Source: Paramicrosporidium saccamoebae KSL3
Taxonomy: Eukaryota; Fungi; Cryptomycota
NCBI GenBank assembly: GCA_002794465.1
Contig: MTSL01000061.1
Location: 1 to 25,785, forward strand
DNA: 25,785 bases
Reading direction: 5' to 3'
Under the pieces are notes generated by a model. That model was given only the letters and a program-made list of their open reading frames with translations, had not been told where the DNA came from and searched no databases. A program made the translations under genes and the position numbers. Of the stretch, positions 1 through 8,376 are shown in pieces; the stretch's first letter is position 1; every line of letters begins with the position of its first letter.

Positions 1-740
1 TCAAAGCTGAGACTTTTGCTGGCACTTATGCTCGCATGGTATTCGTTGTAGTCCTTGCTGTGGCTGAAGCTGAGCGAACGGGACTTGTGCATGCGACGAC
101 TGACATCGAAGGCGTATGTGGAAGACTCATCGCAATTCTGAATAGTAATGCGACGGGTGTGATGGCGATGTTTGCGGGGCTTGACCTTGACAACGGTGTA
201 TTTGCGATTTGATTTGTCAAAGGAGACGCTCTTTCTCAAGTTCTTTGCCATGAATTCAGCACTCTCGCTGGCAGAGTATGAAACTCCGCGCTTCTGATGC
301 TTCTTTCCGCCCTTTCCGCCCTTCCCTCCCTTTCCTCCCTTTTCTGCTTTGGTGCATTTGCCGTCTCCTTTCTCGCATTTTTGGCCTGCCTTTTCACTCT
401 CAGAGATGGAAAGACTGACAGAGTAGCTTTGAGACTGCTTCTTGTGTGACTTTCGCATGGATTTTTCAGCGTGCTTTTTCATCCGATGACGAGTGACTTG
501 ACGATTGATTGTGGATCCGCTGGTGGAAGTGGTCCAATCTTGCTCAATGATAATGTTTGTGCGCTTGCGCTTATTATCAGCCTTCTTGAAATACTTTCCA
601 CGTGGACTCAGAGTGTTGCAGTTGTTGCAGGCCGGCTTCTTGCACTCCTCGATCGGAGCAGCGCCAAAGATGTGGGGGAGACTGAGAGCGCTTACGCTGC
701 TGATCAGGACAAAGCTCAAAAACTTGTTAGAGATGAACAT
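1..740 (-). CDS. Secreted basic K/R/H/S-rich orphan protein, 3'-truncated by the window edge (family member 1)
   Basis: Translated by hand; not in the ORF track because there is no stop in the window. ATG at 740 (AAAATG), 246 open codons: MFISNKFLSFVLISSVSALSLPHIFGAAPIEECKKPACNNC...YFKKADNKRKRTNIIIEQDWTTSTSGSTINRQV...(KGG)x4 KKHQKR...SKSLSF. Hydrophobic signal-like N-terminus; motif shared with the 10031 and 22984 genes. Confidence 0.85.
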   Translation of the reverse strand, partial: MFISNKFLSFVLISSVSALSLPHIFGAAPIEECKKPACNNCNTLSPRGKYFKKADNKRKRTNIIIEQDWTTSTSGSTINRQVTRHRMKKHAEKSMRKSHKKQSQSYSVSLSISESEKAGQKCEKGDGKCTKAEKGGKGGKGGKGGKKHQKRGVSYSASESAEFMAKNLRKSVSFDKSNRKYTVVKVKPRKHRHHTRRITIQNCDESSTYAFDVSRRMHKSRSLSFSHSKDYNEYHASISASKSLSF

Positions 741-793
741 TTTCAACTGCTTAGTCACGCTTTCGCGATACTCAACACGCACTTTGCGGCCTC

Positions 794-799
794 TTTATA
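794..799 (-). promoter_or_regulatory. Putative TATA box (TATAAA) of the 1-740 gene
   Basis: TATAAA on the minus strand about 54 nt upstream of ATG 740. Confidence 0.45.
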
Positions 800-877
800 G
801 TTGTCAAGACACATGAACTAATCAGGAAAATCTATTCAAATCAAAATTACAGTGCTAATACCATAGATGTTGCATAT

Positions 878-3445
878 TTAGTTAGAGTGTTCCAATACAT
901 TCACAAAAGATTCAAATACAGTGTTGAACGGATGGCTCCACCATTTGGGATCTTTTCTAAAAACTGACCATCTGGGCCCACCCTTTGGCTTTGCGGTCGC
1001 AATCCTCTCGAACAGCGAATCTATTTCATCCGGACAATGTCGGCGGTTAAATATTAAATAGCGAGCCCAGGCATCACCAATGTTAGGATCCGCTGCAGCG
1101 GCGCGTTCATAGTACTCACGAGCCGATGGCAGGTTCCTCTCCAGCTCCATGAGCTGAGCAACGGCTGAGAATACAAGCGCATCATTTCCACAGCGTCTTA
1201 TTGCTTCCATTGCCTTTGCCTTTCGAAGGGGTCGTGGCTCTATAGAAATGGCCGTGAACCATAGAATGCTGTCAGTGGGACATTTATGCAGACCGCGCGT
1301 AAGAAGAGATCGCGCCTGCGGGAGTGATTCCAGTTGAAGCTCCAATTCCACCGAGGCCATCCAAAGCGCAGCAGAATCTGGAAGCATTTGGCGTCCACGC
1401 TCCAGGATTGCACGGGCCCTCATCTGCTGGGTGGCGGCAAGATGATTGGCGCACTCCTTTAAGATTGATGGAGATTGAGGACATGCGACAAGAGCACGCT
1501 CCCATTGACTAGAGTCCAATTGGCACGACAGCAACCACAGGAGGTCGGATTTGGGAAATATGGACAAGCCGGCTTGAAGAGTCTTGATTGCAGCATCCGG
1601 CTGGCCTAGACGGAGTTCCAGCTTGGCACGCTTCCTGAATAGGGTCTCGGACTGAATAACATTGGATGCCGCATCCAGAATATTCTTTGCAGTCTGTAAA
1701 TCTCCACCGTCGACATGGAATTTGGCTGCATGGACCCACAACTCTTCCGATTGTGGATTTACAGCAATCGCCCTCTTTAAGATAGAATCATCACCAGTGG
1801 CGTTTGAATATAAAGTCCATAATTTTACAGAGCTAGGACAGGCAGAGAGTGCAGCCTCATATAATGAAGAAATCTCCTGTGTGTTGGCTGAGACATTAAT
1901 CAATCTTATCCACATGTCGTCTCTCTCAGGGTGTTGTGCAGTGGCAATTTTCAGAAGCGTCCTTGAAACATGCTGAGCACCTTCTGCAAGAGCAGCTTCT
2001 GATTCTAATGCCAGGACCTGAGCGCTGTCATTTGCAGAATCGCTCTGCTCGCGTTTCCAAATTTCTTGAACAATTGCTTCTGCACAGAGCACATCTCCGC
2101 CATGTTCACAATTAATCGCCTCACGCATCCAATCACTTTGACTAAGGGCTGCACTTTGTTGTGAGAGTTCTGATACGGCACGAGCGACGATTTTTTGAAC
2201 AATTCCACCTTCATTCCCATGCGCTTCTTCGAGTCGAGCGGCTGCCATCCAGACCATCAGGCTATTTGGATTCAGTTGTCGGGCTTTGTTTAGAATCTTT
2301 TGCGCATTTTCACGACTTTCGAGTCTGGCAAATGCAATCCAAAGCTCAGAGCTCTGTGGACAGACCTCCACCGCCTTTGATAATAGTACACGAGCATCTT
2401 CCGAATCCTCTTCGCGTTCGACCAAAGCCTTCCAGAGATCTATCGATTCTATATTCGCTTCAAGGCCCTTTCGCAGAACCTTTTTGGCTTGAGCAGCGTC
2501 CTTTTCCATATTCGCCGCCCGAATCCACAGTTGAGGCGATTGTGGCAAATGCTGAAGAGCACGAGCCAGTATGATAGGCGATTCATTCGATGGGGAGATA
2601 CGGACCGCGTCTACCCAGATATCTTCACTATCCGGACACGCCTCTAGTGCTTCAGCTAGCACAGCCCTAGCTTGTTTCATATTTCCTGCAACTTCCTCAA
2701 CCCTCGCAGCGGCAATCCAAGCCGCTGAATTGAGCGGATTTGTATTTACGGCGCTTCGAAGCAATGCTCTTGCTCTCTTTATGTCATTGACCTGTCCACT
2801 CGCCGTTGTTTGCTCCTCTAAGCCTGCCAGATATCCAGCTGGATCAATGCTTGCCTGTGTTCCAACACCTTCCGCCATGTCAAGACGTGCTCCAAGGACT
2901 CTCTCACGGGCTTCGCCTACTGTGCGAAAGTCTGGGTCGTCGTCCAGTGTCTTCATGGTACTTCCTACCAAGACAGAATCTGGCACCGGCGTGTATCGCT
3001 CCTTTTCATTCGACTTTTTCGCCCGCTTGGCAATAAAGTCTCCTGATTCTGGCAAGTGTGCCCATTCATCCGCTGTAACCTGGCGAAGCTTGAGCTTTTC
3101 AGCAGCAAACAGCATGGCTGGGTCATTGTTATTGACCACCTTTTTCTGCACTATGGTCTTTCTATTTCCGCGTCTTTCACGCATCTTGGCTTCAATCTCT
3201 GCAAAAATAAAGTCTGCCTCTTCATCATCCGCTCCCAGCGGTCCCTGTGCAGCGAGTAATCCTTCTTCGTTCTCGGCCTCGTCGGGACGATCCTCGGCAG
3301 TGGGCGCTACTGCCGCCACTGCAACAGAGCTCCCTGGGCCAAGGTCAGGCCGAGTTACAAAGCCTTGGGCACCACGACCAGCACCAGCAACATAACCTGC
3401 GGGCGCGGCCTTTCCGAGAAAGTCCTTGACGCTTCGACCAGTCAT
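878..3445 (-). CDS. PRP6: Pre-mRNA splicing factor Prp6 (U5 snRNP / tri-snRNP, HAT/TPR repeats)
   Basis: N-terminal DFLGKAAPAGYVAGAGRGAQGF, EEADFIFAEIEAKMRERR, DIKRARALLRSAVNTNP, WIAAARVEE and many HAT repeats are typical of Prp6. First ATG is 3445; the ORF track extends to a TTG at 3472. 855 aa, no intron needed. Confidence 0.97.
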   Translation of the reverse strand: MTGRSVKDFLGKAAPAGYVAGAGRGAQGFVTRPDLGPGSSVAVAAVAPTAEDRPDEAENEEGLLAAQGPLGADDEEADFIFAEIEAKMRERRGNRKTIVQKKVVNNNDPAMLFAAEKLKLRQVTADEWAHLPESGDFIAKRAKKSNEKERYTPVPDSVLVGSTMKTLDDDPDFRTVGEARERVLGARLDMAEGVGTQASIDPAGYLAGLEEQTTASGQVNDIKRARALLRSAVNTNPLNSAAWIAAARVEEVAGNMKQARAVLAEALEACPDSEDIWVDAVRISPSNESPIILARALQHLPQSPQLWIRAANMEKDAAQAKKVLRKGLEANIESIDLWKALVEREEDSEDARVLLSKAVEVCPQSSELWIAFARLESRENAQKILNKARQLNPNSLMVWMAAARLEEAHGNEGGIVQKIVARAVSELSQQSAALSQSDWMREAINCEHGGDVLCAEAIVQEIWKREQSDSANDSAQVLALESEAALAEGAQHVSRTLLKIATAQHPERDDMWIRLINVSANTQEISSLYEAALSACPSSVKLWTLYSNATGDDSILKRAIAVNPQSEELWVHAAKFHVDGGDLQTAKNILDAASNVIQSETLFRKRAKLELRLGQPDAAIKTLQAGLSIFPKSDLLWLLSCQLDSSQWERALVACPQSPSILKECANHLAATQQMRARAILERGRQMLPDSAALWMASVELELQLESLPQARSLLTRGLHKCPTDSILWFTAISIEPRPLRKAKAMEAIRRCGNDALVFSAVAQLMELERNLPSAREYYERAAAADPNIGDAWARYLIFNRRHCPDEIDSLFERIATAKPKGGPRWSVFRKDPKWWSHPFNTVFESFVNVLEHSN

Positions 3446-3561
3446 TTCAAGGGATTCTTCCCTGGTTGCCAAATGAGGATTGCCTGATCAATACCGTTTG
3501 AAAGTTTACGTCCTGCATACTAGGATTCGGCAAAGTTGGAGAAGCCATTAAAGATTGGGCT

Positions 3562-3642
3562 TACAGTGACGGCCTGTGATTTAACAATTCTCAACATTAT
3601 GTCTACAGTGACAGCTCGCAATTTAGCAATCCTCAACATTAT
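3562..3642. repeat. Imperfect tandem duplication, 42-bp period, in the PRP6-FYV7 intergenic region
   Basis: TACAGTGACGGCCTGTGATTTAACAATTCTCAACATTAT (3562) vs TACAGTGACAGCTCGCAATTTAGCAATCCTCAACATTAT (3604): 32/39 identical. Confidence 0.85.
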
Positions 3643-3888
3643 TGATGTACAACCCAACCCAACTCAACACCAAGACAGACTATTTGCTTCAAAACTATTT
3701 TGATCAATCCTGTGATCTGAACTGGTATTACACACAATATGGTGCTGAGCAAGAATGTAAATTTTCGAGTAAGAAAGATTAGATTAATATATTAAACCCT
3801 TTCTTGGGTTTTTACTATAGGTACAGACCCCACACCAAGATGTTATCCGGAGTTTATCTCGTCCATCCCTGGACAAGCCCGCCCAACC

Positions 3889-4338
3889 ATGGGGAAGCGA
3901 ATTTTTGACCCTACCACAGTAGCAGCTCGCAGACTTGAATCTGAAAAGAAGCAAGCACACCGTATCCGTCTCAAGAAGCAGCTTGAGCGGGCCCACAAGA
4001 AGCTGGCGGCGGCCTCCACACCCTCCCCCGCTCTAGTACCCGCCATTGAGGAGGCCGTCTTGCATCTTGATGTACCCACACCCCGAGCCACCTCTGGACC
4101 AAACCGACCCAACCCCGCACAACGGGCACTAACGAAACGCGAAGAGCGTCTCAGTGTGATGCGAGAGGAGGCCGAGGAGAGGGACCGAGAAATTAAGAAA
4201 AAGGAGAGGGCACAGAACAGACAGCGGTTTTTGCGGGAGAGAACGCATCGAAAGTTGACGGCGACAACAAAAAAAGGCCAGCCGAGGCTTGGAAAGCATA
4301 TTGATGTGCTGTTAGAAAGAATACAGAAAGGAAAATAA
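3889..4338 (+). CDS. FYV7: rRNA-processing protein Fyv7/TAP26(CCDC59)-like
   Basis: 149 aa basic coiled-coil protein ending in HRKLTATTKKGQPRLGKHIDVLLERIQK, resembling the TKKGQP...LLxKI signature of this family. Confidence 0.7.
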   Translation: MGKRIFDPTTVAARRLESEKKQAHRIRLKKQLERAHKKLAAASTPSPALVPAIEEAVLHLDVPTPRATSGPNRPNPAQRALTKREERLSVMREEAEERDREIKKKERAQNRQRFLRERTHRKLTATTKKGQPRLGKHIDVLLERIQKGK

Positions 4339-4339
4339 A

Positions 4340-4377
4340 GTGTGTTGATTGGTGGGCGGGATTGTTTGCGCTAACAG
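4340..4377 (+). other. Putative 38-nt UTR intron between the FYV7 stop and the PAK start
   Basis: GTGTGT donor-like start, ends GCTAACAG (canonical branch point plus AG), length matches the other introns; lies entirely in non-coding spacer. Confidence 0.45.
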
Positions 4378-4390
4378 AGCGTGTTCGGTG

Positions 4391-5964
4391 ATGCCTGGGA
4401 TAGTGCGTGCAGCGACCATCGATGCTGTCGGATTAGTGAGAGAGGAGAACGATGGAGAAGAGGAGTATGATGTGGAGGACATTCTGAGTGCTTATCGATA
4501 TGACACGGCAAAGCCGGCTGCTGTCCATTCCTATGACGATTTAGTTATGGCTATCAATTCCCAAAAGACTACCGTCTTCAAGCCGCATGAGCCACCAAAG
4601 GCTGGCAAGTTGCGTAGATTCTTTTCAAAGTTGAATTTGCGAGCATCTGGTAAGATGGCTGATGAAATTTTGAGTAAATAGATTGGATGTTTGGCAAGAG
4701 GAAGGCAAAGCCAGAGGCGTCAGACAATGCGCTTGAAGGCGCACCGGAAGGGGACACGCATATAATAGGCTTGCCTGAGAATTGTGCTCATAATATTCAT
4801 GTTACATGCGATGAACAGTCGCATGAACTCAAGGTAGCATTTATTCTATGGTTCTAAGAAACACAGGGACTCCCTGATGAATGGAAAACATTGCTGGATA
4901 CTTCAGGCATCACAGCTGTAGAGGTTGCAGAAAGACCAGATGCCATATTGGATGTCTTGCATTTATACCATGAAATTAACCAGCCTGTAATTGAGGAGGT
5001 CGATACGGAACGATTTACCCTGAATCCACCAATGACAGAAATGACTGCGAGAAGCTCTTCGGTGGGGCAATCGCTCCGTAAGACATCAGTGGAGCTTGCC
5101 AGTGTAATGAGCCAGCTTGAAGAATCTTGCAAGTGTGCAGATCCCCGCCTAACATACTCAGAGTTTAAAAAGATTGGACAGGGTGCCTCGGGCGGTGTAT
5201 TTCGGGCCAAAGATCTTGCCACAGGCCAGTTTGTTGCTCTAAAACAGATCAACTTGCGACAACAGCCTCGGAAGGACATGATCATAAGTGAACTGAATGT
5301 GCTTCGAACCGTGCAACACGATAATATTGTGAGATTTATTGACAGTTTTTTGTGGGAAGAAGATTTGTGGACCGTCATGGAATACATGGAGGGAGGCAGT
5401 CTGACCCAAATTGTGACGGCGGTCTACATGACAGAGACGCAAATTGCCACAATCTTGCGAGAAGTGCTCCGCGGGCTCGTTCATCTCCATTCCTCAAACA
5501 TTATCCATCGAGACATCAAGAGCGACAATGTCCTTTTAACACCATCCGGTGCGGTAAAACTGACCGACTTTGGCTTCTCTGCCGTCACTAATGCCGCAAA
5601 CACACGCTGCAGCATGGTAGGCACGCCATACTGGATGGCACCTGAGGTGGTTGCGCGTCGTCCTTATGGAGTGGGAATCGACATATGGTCATTGGGCATT
5701 ATGTTGATCGAGATGGTGGATGGGGAGCCACCGTATCTTAATGAAAATCCTATTAGGGCGCTCTACTTGATCGCAACCAATGGAACGCCGCAGTTACAAC
5801 AGAGCGAAAAGGCGTCAGGAGGACTGAAGGACTTTTTGCTAGAGTGTCTACAGACTGATCCTGAACTGAGGCCAGACGCCCAGCAGCTCTTGAAGCATCC
5901 GTTTTTGCTGAAAGCCACCGACCACGCGTGTCTGGTGTCTGCAGTGGAGGCTGCAAAGAATTAG
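4391..5964 (+). CDS. STE20: PAK/Ste20-family Ser/Thr kinase with CRIB domain; exons 4391-4649, 4682-4833, 4867-5964 (502 aa)
   Basis: Kinase motifs GQGASGGV, HRDIKSDN, TDFGF, SMVGTPYWMAPE, GEPPYLNENPIRALYLIATNG. Removing a 32-nt (GTAAGA..TAG) and a 33-nt (GTAGCA..CAG) intron joins the 4349 ORF and rebuilds a CRIB/autoinhibitory segment IGLPENCAHNIHVT...GLPDEWKTLLDTSGIT. No PH domain seen, so Ste20-like rather than Cla4-like. Confidence 0.92.
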
Positions 5965-5993
5965 CACATGCACATAGGAGGAGACAGGTCAAT

Positions 5994-7079
5994 TTAGTGA
6001 ATAAAACGAAGGAGCATCCCGTCAAAGCCGACGAGGACACGTCCTGGAATGTATTTGAGCTTTCCGATCACACCATCAGTAATCTCAATGCCGCGTTCCT
6101 TGTCAAGACGATGTTGGAATCCGTAATAGTCGATCCGATGGGACATGCCCACCAACACGCTGGTCTTTGGATCTAGTTCCTTAATAAATGGTTCGGTTTG
6201 CGGCCAGCAGTAGTGGCTCAAATAGCTCTTGTTTTCCAAGAGACAATCAACAATCAACACTTCAGTTGGCGATCCCATTACGAGCTGCTGGGACTCCTTT
6301 GGGACGCCACTAATGTCGGAAAAGTAAGACAGTCCGCCAACACGGAAGCCGTTGGCAAAATAGTCCTTTCCATCAGAATGACAGCCATGCAACAGCCTGA
6401 CCGGCATTACCTCCAGCTCGCCAATTGTGGCCAAGACGCCCGACTCGATAGTATGGAACATGAGTGCTGGCACCTCCCCTCCTCCTGTTGCCAGCCTCCG
6501 ATCTACCAAATACGGAAAAGCCTTCTTAACCACCTCAAATGTATCTGCATCACAATATACATTGACCGTTTCCTGGATCGAGGGAAAATGTCCCGCCCAA
6601 TGCCGCAAGTCATCCAGTCCCAGAATGGCATCCGCATGACCGTGGGTGAGCAAAACACCATCCAAGACTCGAACGCCTGCACGAAGCATCCGCTCCGTGT
6701 TGGTGTAAAAAGTTTTGCCACAGTCAATAAGAATGCTGTGGAGGGTGCCGTCGCTGTGTCGATATCGAAGCACAGCCGAGGGATTTGTGCGACGGTTCCT
6801 TGTCGCTCCAGTGAGATGAGCCGGTGGTCCGCCATGCTTCCTGGTGTACTCTGCCGAACGTTCGAGTCTACCCGCTGCATCAAGACATACTTTGCACGCT
6901 GCATCACTGTCCATGGCAAGACACGCCACACTTGGTACACTGGAGGAGGTGCCTGCACCCACCAACAGCAATTCCTCCACAACTCCCATTGTACTTGTTG
7001 GAATGTCGACAATGTCAATATCTGGAATGCCCTCCATCGGCCGTATTATCACTTCGGTTCGTCCCATTTGGGTTGGCAT
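5994..7079 (-). CDS. Metallo-beta-lactamase-fold hydrolase (PhnP-like / Lactamase_B_2)
   Basis: LLVGAGTSSSVP, NRRTNPSA, ILIDCGKTF, LTHGHADAILGLDDLR, SDIS, SHY, GMSH, GFDG motifs. Start uncertain (ATG at 7079, 7067, 7037 or 6989); the ORF-track extension to 7235 overlaps PEX12 exon 1 and is probably not real. Confidence 0.88.
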   Translation of the reverse strand: MPTQMGRTEVIIRPMEGIPDIDIVDIPTSTMGVVEELLLVGAGTSSSVPSVACLAMDSDAACKVCLDAAGRLERSAEYTRKHGGPPAHLTGATRNRRTNPSAVLRYRHSDGTLHSILIDCGKTFYTNTERMLRAGVRVLDGVLLTHGHADAILGLDDLRHWAGHFPSIQETVNVYCDADTFEVVKKAFPYLVDRRLATGGGEVPALMFHTIESGVLATIGELEVMPVRLLHGCHSDGKDYFANGFRVGGLSYFSDISGVPKESQQLVMGSPTEVLIVDCLLENKSYLSHYCWPQTEPFIKELDPKTSVLVGMSHRIDYYGFQHRLDKERGIEITDGVIGKLKYIPGRVLVGFDGMLLRFIH

Positions 7080-7093
7080 CCTGGTCGGGTGCC

Positions 7094-8052
7094 ATGGAAC
7101 ACGCCTTTCAGTTTGGCGGTCATGGCAGGGCGGTGGATAAGCCGAATATTTTTGATGTTTCAGCACAAGAGTCCACCAAGGCACTGCTACGACCGGCTTT
7201 GCTGCAATTGTATCATGTAAAGATACGTGGTCCACATGAATTATAGTTTGCGGAACGCAGGTTCCCCTCGAGACGTTTAGCTGTGATGGGTCAGCACTTC
7301 GAGGAGCTGTATTTGTTGCTTAATGTGTTGGTGGAGTCAGTGTCGTTGAAAAGGACCGCAGGGACACTGAGTGAAACGTATTTTGATATTGAGAGAATCG
7401 GAGTGAACGGCAAACTGACTCGTCTACAATTGCTGTTCTCGCTATTTGAGACTGTAATAGGACCATCATATTGCTAAAATTGTAGTGTATTGTTCCATAT
7501 CTGATTCAGAAGTTAAGGACACATCTTGAAAAGCTCGGGACCAAATCCAAGCTATCCTTTTGGGAATGCCGTACCATGAAAATTGGCCCCCTTATTCATG
7601 CAATGTACCAAGCAGCTAATTTTGCACTCAAGATGCTCTACATGTTTACCGACAGTGCCAGTCCCTCGCTGATAATGTACATGGCTGGGATCCGCTACAA
7701 TCGACGTGCAGGAACACTGGGTCTATTGACACCGTTGGCTACAGTCATATACGGCCTGAGGTTTATACAGTGGTGGCAGGAGCAGGGCATTGAAGCACTA
7801 AATAGCCGTAATTCTGTGCCAACGGCTCCCACCGATTTTCCCACCGCTGACAGGTTGTTTGGATTGCCAGAAATCCCCGGAAAGTGTTCTATTTGTAAAA
7901 ATGTTCCCACAAGACCTGCGGCACTGAGCACTGGCAGAATTTACTGTGAATCGTGTCTTGGAGATAGTCCATCCTACAAAGAGTCTTACAAATGTCCTGT
8001 CACTCTTGAGACTGTAAAAGGATACCGTCTAATATTCCTCGACGAATCATGA
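7094..8052 (+). CDS. PEX12: Peroxin 12 (peroxisomal RING ligase subunit); exons 7094-7216, 7247-7453, 7486-8052 (298 aa)
   Basis: Spliced product MEHAF...DKPNIFDVSAQESTKALLRPAL...FAERRFP...HFEELYLLLNVLVE...TLSETYFDIER matches the Pex12 N-terminal pattern (PSIFE..AQ..L...RPAL / FDE...LL / FSENFYGLKR); C-terminal degenerate RING CSIC...TGRIYCESC...KCPVT. Introns of 30 nt (GTAAAG..TAG) and 32 nt (GTAATA..GCTAAA..TAG) restore the frame. Confidence 0.9.
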
Positions 8053-8145
8053 AAGGTTTTAAGGGGCCGTGAATTATTCCTCGTTGGGTAATAAATCAGC
8101 TCATTCGCTTCCAGCTCTCACCCCATAGACTCCACTTCATAGGCC

Positions 8146-8358
8146 TCACTCCACGGACCACAGACCAAACTGTCCGTCATCAGGGACGATTTCGTAATGG
8201 CCATTAACCAATTTATATCGATAATCCTTTGAGTGCTCATCCCGTCTTCTAGGCGACACGTACGCCGGAACCGTCTCTTGGGGAACATAGCCTGGCCTCA
8301 CTCTAGTCTCCTTCCTTATAGTACCATCAGCACGCCGGGATTGACCTTTGTCACTCAT
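8146..8358 (-). CDS. PYM1: Partner of Y14 and Mago (PYM/WIBG), minimal 70-aa form
   Basis: SRRADGTIRKETRVRPGYVPQETVPAY matches the Mago-binding N-terminal signature (RPDGTWRK..RVK.GY.PQE.V..Y). Confidence 0.8.
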   Translation of the reverse strand: MSDKGQSRRADGTIRKETRVRPGYVPQETVPAYVSPRRRDEHSKDYRYKLVNGHYEIVPDDGQFGLWSVE

Positions 8359-8376
8359 CTCACCCAGGGTGGAAGG
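8359..8376. promoter_or_regulatory. 18-bp spacer between divergent PYM and IWS1 start codons, containing palindrome CACCC-A-GGGTG
   Basis: ATG(-) at 8358, ATG(+) at 8377; spacer CTCACCCAGGGTGGAAGG; palindrome at 8361-8371. Confidence 0.6.

Noticed and set aside
2571-3395. 274-aa plus-strand ORF
   Set aside because: Exact antisense shadow of PRP6; Ser/Ala-rich, non-ATG start, no motifs.
6590-6660. HxHxDA instead of HxHxDH in the metallo-beta-lactamase motif, as a sign of inactivation
   Set aside because: THxHADA is usual in eukaryotic PhnP-like members of this family, so it is not evidence of decay.
6198-7220. 340-aa plus-strand ORF antisense to the hydrolase
   Set aside because: Antisense shadow with no recognisable features; the real plus-strand coding here is only PEX12 exon 1, in a different frame.
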